Both the position numbers and the translations under genes were made by a program. Below the pieces are notes generated by a model that worked only from the letters and a program-made list of their open reading frames with translations, did no database searches and was not told where the DNA came from. From a virus: a DNA stretch of 64,000 bases. Positions 41,732-52,524 of the stretch are shown here, one piece after another; within the stretch, counting starts at the first letter, position 1; every line of letters begins with the position of its first letter. The stretch covers positions 1 through 64,000 of IMG/VR virus record IMGVR_UViG_3300009168_000004. One strand, given 5' to 3'.

Positions 41732-42634
41732 TTACGAGTCGAAGGTGCCTTGCTCAATCTCGTTGACCAGGACCGCCCAGGCGTCCCGGCCAACCTTTCC
41801 CGTTGGCTTCCATTCACCATCTGTTCTGGCGAAGAACGCGCAGTCGACGTAGCCGCCCATCGTCCATCCGACGGTGGTCTCGAGGATGTACCAGCGAGTC
41901 TCGTCGCGAACCATGTCGACGGCCGCCCACTTCATCCGCTCGACCTCGAAGAAGCGGTCAGAGTAGTCGAGGGCGGACCGGACCTCGTCATCTGCGTCGA
42001 CGACGCTCTGGAAGTTCCGGCTGCCCGAAGCCATCGGCCTGTCCGTCCGGTTGAACCTCCGCAGGACCAGGCGCTGCCTGCCGATCCCGACGACCCGGAC
42101 GTCGTGGTCGTTCTCCGGGATGAAGCGCTGCCACAAGAGGTAGCCAAGCTGGGCCAGGTCGTAGTGCATCGGGATGCCCCGGTCGCTGAACGCCGCCCTG
42201 ACCTCGGCCATCGCCTCCTGGTAGCTGTTGATCATGCGGACGTTGTTCGACGAAGCCCCCTCGGCGGACTTGGAGAGAAACGGGTACGCTGGCTCGTCGT
42301 TGTTCAGATACCCCTTCGCCGCCATCGGCGTGAAGAAGGCCTTGGTCGGCGGCATCCACCGCGCCAAGTGCCTGGCCTGCTCGAGCTTGTCGTCGTACAG
42401 AACCGACGAGCGATAGTCCGGAATGAGCGTGAGCCCGTTGTTGACGCTGAGGTTCTGCATCAGCTTCTTGTGGAGGCGGCGCAGGTTCGGATGGTGGTGC
42501 ATGTGCACGAAGGCGTAGCCCCGGTCCGGCTCGACGGCAGCCTCGAACATGCGGCAGGAGATGCCCCTGCCCCCGCAGGCTTCGTGGAGCCGCTTGCCCC
42601 AGCCCTGCGGATCGTCGTAGGCCCAGACGCTCAA
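41732..42634 (-). CDS. RimK-type ATP-grasp ligase
   Basis: DDK..Q, YP..SK...GASS.NV, WQRFIP.N.HDVRV, ASGS, AVD and ILE motifs; TTG start after ACAGGAG. Confidence 0.8.
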   Translation of the reverse strand: MSVWAYDDPQGWGKRLHEACGGRGISCRMFEAAVEPDRGYAFVHMHHHPNLRRLHKKLMQNLSVNNGLTLIPDYRSSVLYDDKLEQARHLARWMPPTKAFFTPMAAKGYLNNDEPAYPFLSKSAEGASSNNVRMINSYQEAMAEVRAAFSDRGIPMHYDLAQLGYLLWQRFIPENDHDVRVVGIGRQRLVLRRFNRTDRPMASGSRNFQSVVDADDEVRSALDYSDRFFEVERMKWAAVDMVRDETRWYILETTVGWTMGGYVDCAFFARTDGEWKPTGKVGRDAWAVLVNEIEQGTFDS

Positions 42635-42810
42635 CTCCTGTCCCGATGCTGCTCTTCCCAGGATGGCACCCCCAACAGGATTGCTGAGCCCGCGACCAGG
42701 AGGTGAGCTACGATCTCCCAGCCGAACGGAGTGGCGAGCACCGACACGCACAGGCACGTCGCCCCCGCCGACTGGGCGTCCAGCAGCATCCACCGATGCC
42801 ATGTTGTCAC
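42631..42810 (-). CDS. small hydrophobic protein (59 aa)
   Basis: GTG start after GGAGG; stop overlaps the ligase start. Confidence 0.4.
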   Translation of the reverse strand: MTTWHRWMLLDAQSAGATCLCVSVLATPFGWEIVAHLLVAGSAILLGVPSWEEQHRDRS

Positions 42811-43857
42811 TCACAGGTCCTCCGTCGTGAACCGTCGGTCGCGCGCAGGCACGAACACGCATCGGCAGTGCGGGTGCGCGGGGATCAAGCTGCGGGCAAC
42901 GTTGATGCGGTAGGGTCCCTCCTCGGCGATGTCTTCGCACTCCGGGCAGACCTCGTCGTCGCCGGCCGTCAGGACGTTGACGCGCTTCAGCTTCTCGATC
43001 GCCTCCTGCGCCTTCCTGATCCTGCGGACGGTCTCGCGGTGGGGCACCGTGGTCCGGCTGACCTTCGAGCCTGCCCCCGTGTTCGGATTGAACTTCCGCT
43101 TCTTGTCCTCGAAGAACGACACAGCGTCCTGCGCAGGGCGGCGGATCTTCCTGACCTCCGGGATGATGCCGACCTCGGTGACCCCGACGGACTCGTAGGA
43201 CGACAGGCTTCCTTCGTTGAATGTCCGCATGACGATCGTGTCAGCCAGGGCGTCGATGCGGGTTCCGCCCACCTTGTCGATGCGGGAGTACATCGCCCGG
43301 AGCAGGAGGTTCGCATTCTTCTTGGACAAGATCCCGTCGGCTGCAGCCCGAACCAGGTTCTGGCTGACCGCCTCGCTGATGCCCTGCAGCTCCACAAACG
43401 CAGACTGGACGATGGTGTCCACCCTGTCCCTGTGGTTCTCCGGCGACCTGGCGACGTTCAGATCCCGCGTGTTCCTGTCCGCGAACCGCAGCCCCTTCTC
43501 GAAGGCGCGCTCAACGTAGCCTGCCAGATACCGGCCATCGTGCTCGAGGACGTTCTGGGTCAGGGCGGAGTCGACGAACTGCTGGAAGCCCATGATCTTG
43601 GCTGGCCCAGCCGTGACCATGGCCGCGGCTGACATGCCCGAGAAGGCGGTCATGGGCTTCAGCCCGAGCGCGTCGTTGTCGATGATCTGCATCCGCAGCA
43701 GGGCGCGCAGCCGGTTCATGCGGATGGCCATGGCCGATCGCATGGCGGAGCGAATGGTCTTGGTCCCCGACGGGTCTCGGCTGGTCGGCTTGGCGTCCGA
43801 CAGGTAGGTGCAGCAGGAGCACCTGTCGTGGATGACCTCGTTCTTGTACTTCAGCAT
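42811..43857 (-). CDS. head morphogenesis protein (SPP1 gp7 / Mu gpF family)
   Basis: RDP..T N-terminus; TAGDDEVCPEC...IPAHPHCRC. Confidence 0.85.
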   Translation of the reverse strand: MLKYKNEVIHDRCSCCTYLSDAKPTSRDPSGTKTIRSAMRSAMAIRMNRLRALLRMQIIDNDALGLKPMTAFSGMSAAAMVTAGPAKIMGFQQFVDSALTQNVLEHDGRYLAGYVERAFEKGLRFADRNTRDLNVARSPENHRDRVDTIVQSAFVELQGISEAVSQNLVRAAADGILSKKNANLLLRAMYSRIDKVGGTRIDALADTIVMRTFNEGSLSSYESVGVTEVGIIPEVRKIRRPAQDAVSFFEDKKRKFNPNTGAGSKVSRTTVPHRETVRRIRKAQEAIEKLKRVNVLTAGDDEVCPECEDIAEEGPYRINVARSLIPAHPHCRCVFVPARDRRFTTEDL

Positions 43858-43864
43858 CGGTTCC

Positions 43865-44380
43865 TCACTGGAGCAGGAGCAGGTCGTCGTCCAGGACCAC
43901 CGCGTCGACGAAGTCCACGGTGATCCGGAACCGATCCGGCCTCTCGGTCGGCATGGCTGTCAGTTGCACGCGCTTGCCGGCGTGCGGGGAGGGCTCCGGG
44001 ATCAGGGTGGGGATTATCACCGATCCCCCGATCGGCAGCACCAGCGGGCTCCGCACGTGCTCTGGGACGGGTGTCTGCTCGGGTCCCTTGTGGGGATGGA
44101 CGTAGAAGGAGAACACGTCGGGCAGCTCCCGAACGTGGAGCTCCAGACTCCGGGGACGAAGCGTCCGCCAGCCGAGACCTCCCCCCGTCCCGAACCGGAC
44201 GGGAGGAGCAGCCGGCACCGTGAGCTCGAACGCGAAGACGTCAGGGGCCTCGGTGACCTCGAACGAAAGTCCGACGCCAGAGACGCCGTCGGGGGCAAAC
44301 GACAGCTTGAACCAGGCCGGAGCGGTCCCCCTGGGGAACCACCCGGATGGGCTCAGGAGCCGGTTGTAGAACTCACGCAT
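43865..44380 (-). CDS. hypothetical virion protein
   Basis: 171 aa, coupled to neighbours; DDDLLLL C-terminus. Confidence 0.6.
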   Translation of the reverse strand: MREFYNRLLSPSGWFPRGTAPAWFKLSFAPDGVSGVGLSFEVTEAPDVFAFELTVPAAPPVRFGTGGGLGWRTLRPRSLELHVRELPDVFSFYVHPHKGPEQTPVPEHVRSPLVLPIGGSVIIPTLIPEPSPHAGKRVQLTAMPTERPDRFRITVDFVDAVVLDDDLLLLQ

Positions 44381-44750
44381 GGGTGATCTGACCCGACACG
44401 CAGGTGACCGTGCCGTTGACCTCGATGGCCAGCTCGCTGACGATGACCTCGCCCCCGCCGCCCATCAGGCTGACGAGCATGGCGTCCACGACGGTGACGC
44501 CGTCCCCGTCGGCCAGGCGCGCCAGGTTGGCAGAGCCAGCTCCGGTGGCCAGGGCCTCGATGGGCGTTCCCCTCAGGGTCATCGTCCCTCCCGACGGGGC
44601 GGAGAAGGACGGCTTCTGCAGGGGGATGGTCGCCAGGAGCTCGCTGGCAGCCGTGAAGAGGAGCAGCATCCCCGGATCTGCCTTGGCGTCGATCCGATCG
44701 ATCACGATCTGGAGCCGGTCGTTCTTGGTGGGCATCGAGTACGATGACAT
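44373..44750 (-). CDS. small virion beta-sandwich protein
   Basis: LATIPL..PSF..PSGG, A...G.A..ARL.D.DG and ITHA motifs. Confidence 0.7.
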   Translation of the reverse strand: MSSYSMPTKNDRLQIVIDRIDAKADPGMLLLFTAASELLATIPLQKPSFSAPSGGTMTLRGTPIEALATGAGSANLARLADGDGVTVVDAMLVSLMGGGGEVIVSELAIEVNGTVTCVSGQITHA

Positions 44751-44771
44751 TGCCTGTCCCCTGTTCTTCTG

Positions 44772-44999
44772 CTAGACCCACGCTGTCCCGTTCCAGAACC
44801 GGACAGGCTTGGTGATCCACGCCACGCCGTCCCACACCTTCGACGGCTTGCTGCTCCACGACGTGTCGTTCCAGACCTTGAGCCTCGAGGCGGCTGCGGC
44901 GGTCGTCACTTCGCCGGAGAAGAAGCCGCCCGACATCGCGAAGTCCCGCGGGCCGTCGTCGACGACGTATCCGCCCGTTGCGCTGAAGCTTCGACTCAT
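44772..44999 (-). CDS. small virion protein with (K/R)xW(N/D)xxxW repeats
   Basis: KVWNDTSW, KVWDGVAW, RFWNGTAW. Confidence 0.65.
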   Translation of the reverse strand: MSRSFSATGGYVVDDGPRDFAMSGGFFSGEVTTAAAASRLKVWNDTSWSSKPSKVWDGVAWITKPVRFWNGTAWV

Positions 45000-46315
45000 G
45001 ATGTCACCACCGGCTTCGGGTCGATGTAGAACGTCGAGTTGTTTCGCATCGCCATCGGATAGATCGTGATCGGTCCCTTCTCCCTTGGCGTCACCGTCAC
45101 AGCCATCGAGAACTTCGCGGTCAGCGCGCCGGCCCACGTGCCGTGTCCATCAGGCAGCGTAACAGGAGGGGCGAGATAGGAAACGTCCGCGGCGCTCGTG
45201 GCACGCGAGCCGCTGACCTGACCGTCAGTGCCGAGATATTCAACGTCGATCCAGATGTCTTGGTTGGTCGGCCGCACGCCGCCCGCCCAGATGCCTTCGA
45301 CCGTGACGGTGACCGGCACTCCAATCACTTCATTCCACACCGTGATGGGCAGGGCTTCGAACGGAAGCTTGTTGCGGTTGGACCCTGTCGCCAGTCGCCA
45401 CGAGATCGGGAAGGTGCCATCGCTCGCTCCTCCGCTCCTGACGATGGTCGCCTCGGTGAACATGCCGCCGGCCCTGTTGTGCTTCTCAGTCCTGTAGTTG
45501 GTGTCGCCGGTATCGCATCGAATGTACGTGATCTCAAGTCCGCCGAGCGAGGCGATGATGGCGCTGTACGGGGCGCAGGGTCCGATGCGACAATCCTTGA
45601 AGACGTAGGTGTGAGAGTTGGACGCCGCCCCAGAGATCATGGACTTGCCTGCCCCCATGACCGACAGGTCGCTCCCCTCCTGAAGCAATGTGCCGATAGC
45701 CGCGCCGGGAAGGTAGAGCGTCGTCGGTACGATGGCGCCAACGATGAACGGTTCGCCAAATCCACGAATGCTGACGCGCCCGCCCGGCGAGACGCCTTGC
45801 GAGACGTTGCCGAAGCTGACTTGGGTTCTCTCGAGAATTGTTATCGAGCCGTTGACGCCCGGAGCAATGCGAGATCCAGTCGCCGTACTGACCAGAGCCA
45901 GCAAGCAACGAACCATGCGCCACGACGTTTGCCCTGAGCCTATGGCAATGCTTGTGACGTTGGCGCCGGTGCCGCAGTAGAACTGCACGCCGTAGCATTC
46001 GGCGACGCTTCCGGAGAGAACGAGGTTGCCGCCTAGCTGCGTTGTAATCTTGGCCGTCGTTCGAAGGTCGGCAAAGACGGGAGGAACCGAACCGCCGACG
46101 CGCAGAACGCAATAGACGTAGCACGGACTGGCTTCGGTGCCTGGCGAAGTGATGAGCGCAGCGCCGGCGTTGATCTCATTGTGGTCATCAGCAAGAAAGA
46201 ACACATCACTGATTGCCTTGCTCGTCATCGCCGCGGCGAGCGTCAGGTATGCGTTGGCCCAGTCTGCCCCTGAGGCAGCGCCCGTCGCTCCGCTCCATAC
46301 GAAATAGTTGGCCAT
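44996..46315 (-). CDS. beta-helix-like virion appendage protein
   Basis: YFV.S.A.G...G.DWANAY.TL..A N-terminus typical of beta-helix proteins. Confidence 0.65.
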   Translation of the reverse strand: MANYFVWSGATGAASGADWANAYLTLAAAMTSKAISDVFFLADDHNEINAGAALITSPGTEASPCYVYCVLRVGGSVPPVFADLRTTAKITTQLGGNLVLSGSVAECYGVQFYCGTGANVTSIAIGSGQTSWRMVRCLLALVSTATGSRIAPGVNGSITILERTQVSFGNVSQGVSPGGRVSIRGFGEPFIVGAIVPTTLYLPGAAIGTLLQEGSDLSVMGAGKSMISGAASNSHTYVFKDCRIGPCAPYSAIIASLGGLEITYIRCDTGDTNYRTEKHNRAGGMFTEATIVRSGGASDGTFPISWRLATGSNRNKLPFEALPITVWNEVIGVPVTVTVEGIWAGGVRPTNQDIWIDVEYLGTDGQVSGSRATSAADVSYLAPPVTLPDGHGTWAGALTAKFSMAVTVTPREKGPITIYPMAMRNNSTFYIDPKPVVTS

Positions 46316-46572
46316 CAGTTGGTGTCCACCCAGACGTCGTAGAGAGCAGGGTCGAGCGGAGCCATCGTGCCGACGGTCATCCTGGCGATCCTCTCCCAGT
46401 CCGCGTTCTCTCTCGCGTACAGCTTGTCGTCGATCGGAGCCTCTGGAAGTGTATTGGCTGCCGACGCTGCCTTCCATCGCGCGCCGTCCCAGATGTACTG
46501 CGGGACGCCGCCCAGAGGAGGGACGGGATAGAGCTGACCAACTGTTGGTGAGGCAGGGAAGTTGAGGGCCAT
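46315..46572 (-). CDS. small fibre-associated protein
   Basis: NFPASPTVGQ, Y.WDG..W, PEAP.D...YAR and D.W.DT motifs. Confidence 0.7.
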   Translation of the reverse strand: MALNFPASPTVGQLYPVPPLGGVPQYIWDGARWKAASAANTLPEAPIDDKLYARENADWERIARMTVGTMAPLDPALYDVWVDTN

Positions 46573-46573
46573 G

Positions 46574-49500
46574 TTATCTATACTCCTTGATTATAACTCC
46601 ACCACTGCCACCACTGCCGCCAAGAACTCCAACATTTTCATTCACTGAATAGCCAGCAGAACCGCCGCCACCGGGGAATTGTCCACCGCCACCGGCCACT
46701 AGATAATCCCCCACCTTTCCGCCAGAGCCGCCCATCGGTGCATTGCCGCCGACGCCCGGAAGCACGAACGTTGGAGTCATGCTGCCAACAGCCCACGTTC
46801 CGGGAGCGCCCGCGATGTTAAGGTCGCCGCCTGAACTCGTCCCGCCCGCGCCACCAGCGATGTTGCTAACTGCGCCACCGGCTCCACTCGTGCCGCCGCC
46901 ACCACCGCCAGCGGTCAACAAGTCTCCGAATGTCGTAGTGCCGCCAACTGCTGCGCCACCACCACCAGCGCCGATCGTCACGGTTTGCGTCGTTGGTGAA
47001 TTGATGCGCTTGCGAGCGTATCCGCCTGACCCGCCGCCGCCTCCGGTAGAGACCTGCCCCGCGGTTGTCGCGCCACCATTGCCGCCGCCGCCACCGCCGC
47101 CCCATGCTTCCACAACGATGAAAGCAACATCGTCGCTTGACGGCGACCACTCGCCGCTTGCTGTGATGATGGTCTCGCCGATCAGCAAACCATCACCGGG
47201 CAGCACGCCCTGAATGGCGACACTCCATGCATCAGACGCCACGCGCATCGTCACGTCCTGCCAGAAATAGTTACCCTCTCCGTAATTGGTTCTAGGACAG
47301 CCCGCGCCGGAAGTCGTGTACGTCGCAAGCACGTACGTAACTTCATCTGGATACTGTGCGGCTGGCGGTGGGGTCGTCATAAAATAATTGTCGTCATCGC
47401 GGGCAATGCAAATGAAAGTACCGGCAGCAACGTTGGCTGGCACTTCAAGCGCAGCCTCCACCCATCCCTCACCGATGCTTTCATCGGTCATGACGGTGGT
47501 GCCGATAAGCACGTCGAAATCGAAGTCATAAAGAAAGAGTTGTCGCGTTGATACTGCTGACGGAGCGCCCGACCTGTAGAACCTTAGATGCGTTATCTGA
47601 CAATCCACATTCATCAAAAGGACGGTACCAAAGCGAAGGTTCGCGGCCTCGACAGTTGTCGAAGGTACAGCGGCATCCGGGAAAATGTGATGGGCTGCTC
47701 CGAGTGCACTTTCTGTATCCTTCGGGCCATACAGAGCATGACCTTCTGTGTCGATGTAGTAATCTCCATCAAGCCCAAGACTGCTGGCAGGGGGACCGAC
47801 GCCGTCATGAATGATGGCTCCCGTCGCCTGTATGGCAACCGGCCACGTCTCGCCCAAAGACATGTACTGCCATTCAAGGTCGGTGCCGTAGTTGTATGGG
47901 GCCTCGTAGCCACTAGGAGGAAAGACGTCCGGGCCGTCGCCGACACCCATGCGGATGCCGAAGTGAACGGCGGCATCAGGATTGGTTGGTACCGGGGCAA
48001 CGGTTTGCGCGTAAGCTAGAGCATCAAAGGAAGCGACAATCGCCAAGTGCTGATCGGCCACAACAGGAATTGGAGCGGGGAAGGCGGCGGACACCCAACC
48101 GTCAAAGCCCGCAGTCTCAACCGTCGCATTGGTTACACCAAGCAGCGTCCCCGTCGTTCCGTCGTACAGATAAAGTTGCCGCGTCGTATTTGCAGAAGTG
48201 GGGTTGCGCCGAAACTTCGCGCTGATGACCTGCCCATCAACGAGTGCGATGAACTCGTTGCCGACCACTAATGGATTTGGGTCGAACTCCCACAAGGGAG
48301 GTTCGGTCAACATGAACTCTGGGTCCAGCATCACGGCTTCGAACTTCGGGCCGTAAAGCGTGTCCGTGTCCGTATCGATGTAGTAGTCGCCGCCCTCGCC
48401 CAGCGCATCGTCGGGCAGGCCTGTGCCTGAATGAATTGTCTGGCCGCTGCCGCCGCCGCCTCCGGTTCCTGGTATGCCTTGTGGACCTTGCGGTCCCTCC
48501 GGACCTTCAGGTCCAGCAGGACCTGCGGCACCGTCAACGCCGTCAGCTCCATCTGCACCATCAGCACCGGGCACGCCCTGGATGCCCTGAGGTCCTGCCG
48601 GGCCCACCGCTCCGTCAGCACCGGCAGGTCCTTCAGGTCCTTCAGGTCCAGCCGGTCCGGCTTCTCCGAGGGGGACCGCCACCGTCTCGACCCACTGGAT
48701 GGTGTCGCCGTCGTCGTAGTTGATGAAGAGAACGCCGATCGAGCTGTCCCACCACAGCGCGCCGACGGGCGCACCGACGGGGGCGGTGTCGCTGATGATG
48801 ATGATCGAAGCGTCGCCCCCTCCCGTGCCTGGCTCACCTTGCGGACCTTCAGGACCCATCGGCCCTTCAGGTCCCATCGGTCCCACATCGCCGGTATCTC
48901 CCTTCGGACCCTGAGATCCGTCTGCTCCATCTGCTCCAGGAGGGCCTGCTACGCCGTCAGCGCCAGCAGGACCAGCAGGACCAGCAGGGCCAGCACTGCC
49001 GTCAGCACCAGCAGGACCTTGCAGTCCAGGTTCACCGTCATCTCCCTTTGGTCCTTCTGGTCCTTCTGGTCCTTCTGGTCCTGTCGCTCCGTCGATGCCC
49101 GTCGGTCCCTGGGGTCCCTCGGGTCCAGGAGCACCTGGAGCACCGGGTTCTCCTGGGTCGCCCTTCTCGCCCACGGTCCGGAGGAGGACGGTGATGGCCT
49201 GGTTGGCTGCGAACACGCCGGAGCCCGACGCGGACACGAACTCGACGGGCACCGTGAAGTAGTCTGCGAGGTTGGTGGCCGGCGCAGTCATCCGCCAGAC
49301 CTGGTTGCTCAGAGCGAAGTCCCGGTCCTGGATGATGAACTCGTCGTCGGTGTTGGCGAGGGACAGGAGGACGGACAGGTCGAAGTCGTCCTGCGTGATC
49401 CAGTCGACCGACAGCATGGTGGCGGCCTGCTGGTCTGTGTTGTTCCAGCGCAGCTTGCCGGTGCCGGGGTCCGCCATCGCCACCGAACTTGTGTCGGCCC

Positions 49501-49903
49501 GGTAGTGGAAGACCGAGGTCGAAGCCCCCTGCTCCCCGGTGGCGCCAGTCTCACCCGGCGGGCCCTGGTCGGCGGCGTCGCCGAACACGGTCGACTGGGC
49601 TGGCCCCAGGGTCCGGACCCGCAGAGGAGCGACGATCGCCCCGTCGTTGTGCTGGAGGAAGACGAGGACCTGCTCCGACGGGTCGTCGTTGTACACGGTC
49701 ACCAGCTCGACCGTCCGGAGGATGCCCGCCCCAGGCGAGGGCGACGCCACGACGGTGCCCCCGCCCGCGTCCGCGACGATCGTGTTGAGCCTCCCCGGCG
49801 TGATCGTGTCGTCGATGGTGGTCTTGTCGACCCACGACGCGTGGACGCGCGCCGCCCTGTCGGTGACGACCTCCAGCGTGTCGCCCTCCTGGAGTATCAG
49901 CAT
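46574..49903 (-). CDS. collagen-like fibre protein with two DUF4082-like domains and a Gly-rich C-terminal domain
   Basis: two long G-X-Y tracts; G.G.P....G..GDYYIDT....LYGPK twice; WGGGGGG domain. Confidence 0.85.
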   Translation of the reverse strand: MLILQEGDTLEVVTDRAARVHASWVDKTTIDDTITPGRLNTIVADAGGGTVVASPSPGAGILRTVELVTVYNDDPSEQVLVFLQHNDGAIVAPLRVRTLGPAQSTVFGDAADQGPPGETGATGEQGASTSVFHYRADTSSVAMADPGTGKLRWNNTDQQAATMLSVDWITQDDFDLSVLLSLANTDDEFIIQDRDFALSNQVWRMTAPATNLADYFTVPVEFVSASGSGVFAANQAITVLLRTVGEKGDPGEPGAPGAPGPEGPQGPTGIDGATGPEGPEGPEGPKGDDGEPGLQGPAGADGSAGPAGPAGPAGADGVAGPPGADGADGSQGPKGDTGDVGPMGPEGPMGPEGPQGEPGTGGGDASIIIISDTAPVGAPVGALWWDSSIGVLFINYDDGDTIQWVETVAVPLGEAGPAGPEGPEGPAGADGAVGPAGPQGIQGVPGADGADGADGVDGAAGPAGPEGPEGPQGPQGIPGTGGGGGSGQTIHSGTGLPDDALGEGGDYYIDTDTDTLYGPKFEAVMLDPEFMLTEPPLWEFDPNPLVVGNEFIALVDGQVISAKFRRNPTSANTTRQLYLYDGTTGTLLGVTNATVETAGFDGWVSAAFPAPIPVVADQHLAIVASFDALAYAQTVAPVPTNPDAAVHFGIRMGVGDGPDVFPPSGYEAPYNYGTDLEWQYMSLGETWPVAIQATGAIIHDGVGPPASSLGLDGDYYIDTEGHALYGPKDTESALGAAHHIFPDAAVPSTTVEAANLRFGTVLLMNVDCQITHLRFYRSGAPSAVSTRQLFLYDFDFDVLIGTTVMTDESIGEGWVEAALEVPANVAAGTFICIARDDDNYFMTTPPPAAQYPDEVTYVLATYTTSGAGCPRTNYGEGNYFWQDVTMRVASDAWSVAIQGVLPGDGLLIGETIITASGEWSPSSDDVAFIVVEAWGGGGGGGNGGATTAGQVSTGGGGGSGGYARKRINSPTTQTVTIGAGGGGAAVGGTTTFGDLLTAGGGGGGTSGAGGAVSNIAGGAGGTSSGGDLNIAGAPGTWAVGSMTPTFVLPGVGGNAPMGGSGGKVGDYLVAGGGGQFPGGGGSAGYSVNENVGVLGGSGGSGGVIIKEYR

Positions 49904-52524
49904 CAGGTTGCCTCATCTTCGCTGTCGTCTTCGTCCTCAGTGATCCGCTCGAACTCTTTGATGCGGCCCTTCTCGTCGTGCTTCGTGACCGTCGTGATCT
50001 CCCGCCCGCCCCTGTTGACGATGGTCACGGGGACGGTGACGTGGATCGTCTGCTCGTCCTTCGGGGCGCGCTTGCTGAGGGCGGTCGCCGCGTCCTTCTG
50101 GGTCTTGAAGTTCCCGATCTTCCCGTTCTTGTCGTCGGCCCTCCACCTCACCGCCTCGCCCCGTCCCGACGCGACCGCACCCCCTGCGCCGCCGGACCTC
50201 TGCTCGTTCGTGACGACCTGCTTGACGGTGCCCACCTTGGTGTTGCCCTTGTAGGCGTTGTAGGACTTGAGCTTGACCGGCGCCTCCTTGCCCAGGACCT
50301 TGGTCTCGCGGTTGTGGTCGGAGGCCTCGTACATGTCCAGGCCTGCGACCTGGCCGGCGAACTTGCCCTTCTCGGTGGTCTCTCCGACCTTGGGCGCAGC
50401 CGCTGCCGCCCCTCCGCCCCCGCCCGATCCGAACTGCCCGTTCTCTGCTCGCTCCTGGTTCTCGTTGTACTCGTCCAGGGCCACCTCGGGGACGTCGGTC
50501 TCGTTGTTGAAGCCCGTCATCTGGATCTCCTGGAAGACCTCGGGCCCGAGGACGATCTCGCCCCGGTAGGGCTCCATCTCGTCGATCTGCTCAGGCCCGT
50601 TGTAGGTGATCGTGACGTGCGGGTTGTAGTCCTCGTAGTCGTACGAGCAGCCCTGGTGCTTCAAGGAGGAGTGGCGCCAGGACAGGTCGGAGTTGCCGAA
50701 GGCGAGGACGACAGCCTTGCCGAACCTCTCGACGATGCGGGGTCCGCCGGGGACGACGCGGATGTGCCCCTCCAGGTCCTGGCCCCAGGCCTCGCCCATC
50801 TTGATCCAGTCGACCGCCTCCTTCGAGTACATGATCGTGACGTGCATCTCGGCCGGGGTGACCGTGGACTTGAAGCCCTGCGAGGCCGCCCAGTCGATGA
50901 TGGCCTGCGCGTTCAGCACCCTGCGGTAGACGTAGAGGGGCTTCGGGGTCGCGTCGGCGAGGGCGTCCCGGACGGCGGCGTTGCCCGACGGGGTCCGCAT
51001 CCTGTCCCTGCCCTTGATCCTGCGGCGCCGCTGGGCAGCCCGGAAGTCGTTGGCCGCCCTCTTGGCCGGGTCCAGGTTGCTGTTGGCGGGCTCGGGCAGA
51101 TCCGCGTCTGGGTCCTCGGGGTCCACCTCGGCGTTCGGGTCAGCGTTCGGATCGACCACGGGCTCAGGTTCTGCGCGCAGACCCTCCTCGTGGTCTGGGT
51201 CGTCGAACTCCTCGATGATCTGCTCGATGCCTGGGTAGGTTCCGTCCTCGATGAGCTGCGCCTCCCTGGCCTTCTTGAGCACCACCGGGTCCAGGATCGC
51301 GGCATCCACGTCCACCTTGAACGTGTCGGCCTTCTTCTTCTCCAGGTCAGCCTTCTGCTCCGGCGTCATCTGCCAGAGGGAGTTCCACACGTAGAAGATC
51401 TCCTCGGGCTTGGAGCCGAGGGCGGACCGGATCAAGACTTCGTCCAGGCGCCAGAGCACCGGGGAGTCGTCGTTCTTCTGCTTCGAGGAGACCGAGTCGT
51501 AGTAGTTCCTGGTGTCGCTCTCGCCCGTCGCGCTCATGCCCGCGGGGGACTGGCCGAAGAAGCGGGTCGCCGGGATGTCGGCTGCGCCGCAGACCATCAG
51601 GAAGTACATCTGCAGGATCTCGGGCAGGGACGCGAACGAGGCCACCTGCCTCTGCCACTCCTCCTCCTTGTCGATCAGGAGCATGGAGTGCACGCCCTTG
51701 ATGATGTTGGCGAGGCCGAACCGCTCGAGCAGGTTCCGCTCGTAGGTCCTGGATGAGATGTTCAGCGTCAGCCCTGGGATCTTGATGATGTCGATCTTCG
51801 ACTCCGCCACGAGCTGAGCCACCGACGCAGTCACCAGGCCGCAGGACTTGATGGCGTCGGCGACGTTCAGCAGGACGGAGTCGCCCCAGGGCTGCTTGGT
51901 CGTCAGGACGTCCTGTCTCGGCATCCCGACGAAGGGGACGACGCGGCTCGGGTGGAAGCGGACCAGGGTGCCGTTGAACAGGGAGTGGCGCTCGTAGTAG
52001 GAGGGCTCACCGTACCAGGGCGAGGTGATGTCGTCGATCATGGGGCCAGGCGACACGTCCCAGCGGCTCACCGGGTGCAGGAACTCCAGGTCTCCGACCC
52101 TGACCGCCTCGATGTCCACCGGGGTCTCGTTGGATGCGCCCTTGATGCCCATGACGATGCCGGCGCCCCCGTAGAGCCGAGCCTTCTGCTTGGCCACCTT
52201 CATCTTCTGCTGCAGGCCAAGGCGCTGCTCCTCCGCCTCGATCGCCGTGATCTCCTCCGGGTCGCCGGCCTGCCAGGACCGCCACTCCCTGGTGGCGTCC
52301 TCCGCCGGAATGTCGATGAGCTTCCGGGCGATCCAGTCGCCGCGGTAGGCCGCGTCGGCCTGCGCCTGGTCCATGTCCGGCATGACCCAGTTGACGCCGG
52401 TCATCTTGTCCTTGGCCGTGCCGAGGCCCGTCGCCAGGTTCTCCAGGCTGTCCCGCGCAGACTTCTGGCTCGGTGGGGGCTTGGATGCCCGACGGGTTGG
52501 TGCGGAAGCTGCTCTCTTAGCCAT
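49903..52524 (-). CDS. portal protein (DUF1073) fused to an Acb1-like 2H phosphoesterase and further C-terminal modules
   Basis: follows TerL; RLYGG, HPSRV and IP.TR.FGQSP.G.SATGE.D..NYYD portal motifs; HVTIMYS and PHVTITY. Confidence 0.88.
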   Translation of the reverse strand: MAKRAASAPTRRASKPPPSQKSARDSLENLATGLGTAKDKMTGVNWVMPDMDQAQADAAYRGDWIARKLIDIPAEDATREWRSWQAGDPEEITAIEAEEQRLGLQQKMKVAKQKARLYGGAGIVMGIKGASNETPVDIEAVRVGDLEFLHPVSRWDVSPGPMIDDITSPWYGEPSYYERHSLFNGTLVRFHPSRVVPFVGMPRQDVLTTKQPWGDSVLLNVADAIKSCGLVTASVAQLVAESKIDIIKIPGLTLNISSRTYERNLLERFGLANIIKGVHSMLLIDKEEEWQRQVASFASLPEILQMYFLMVCGAADIPATRFFGQSPAGMSATGESDTRNYYDSVSSKQKNDDSPVLWRLDEVLIRSALGSKPEEIFYVWNSLWQMTPEQKADLEKKKADTFKVDVDAAILDPVVLKKAREAQLIEDGTYPGIEQIIEEFDDPDHEEGLRAEPEPVVDPNADPNAEVDPEDPDADLPEPANSNLDPAKRAANDFRAAQRRRRIKGRDRMRTPSGNAAVRDALADATPKPLYVYRRVLNAQAIIDWAASQGFKSTVTPAEMHVTIMYSKEAVDWIKMGEAWGQDLEGHIRVVPGGPRIVERFGKAVVLAFGNSDLSWRHSSLKHQGCSYDYEDYNPHVTITYNGPEQIDEMEPYRGEIVLGPEVFQEIQMTGFNNETDVPEVALDEYNENQERAENGQFGSGGGGGAAAAAPKVGETTEKGKFAGQVAGLDMYEASDHNRETKVLGKEAPVKLKSYNAYKGNTKVGTVKQVVTNEQRSGGAGGAVASGRGEAVRWRADDKNGKIGNFKTQKDAATALSKRAPKDEQTIHVTVPVTIVNRGGREITTVTKHDEKGRIKEFERITEDEDDSEDEAT

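Noticed and set aside
48480-49170. 9-bp tandem repeats such as (GGTCCTTCT)n
   Set aside because: Explained by collagen G-P-E/G-P-A codons
20693-49903. Diversity-generating retroelement acting on fibre genes
   Set aside because: No reverse transcriptase and no adenine-variant TR/VR pair noticed
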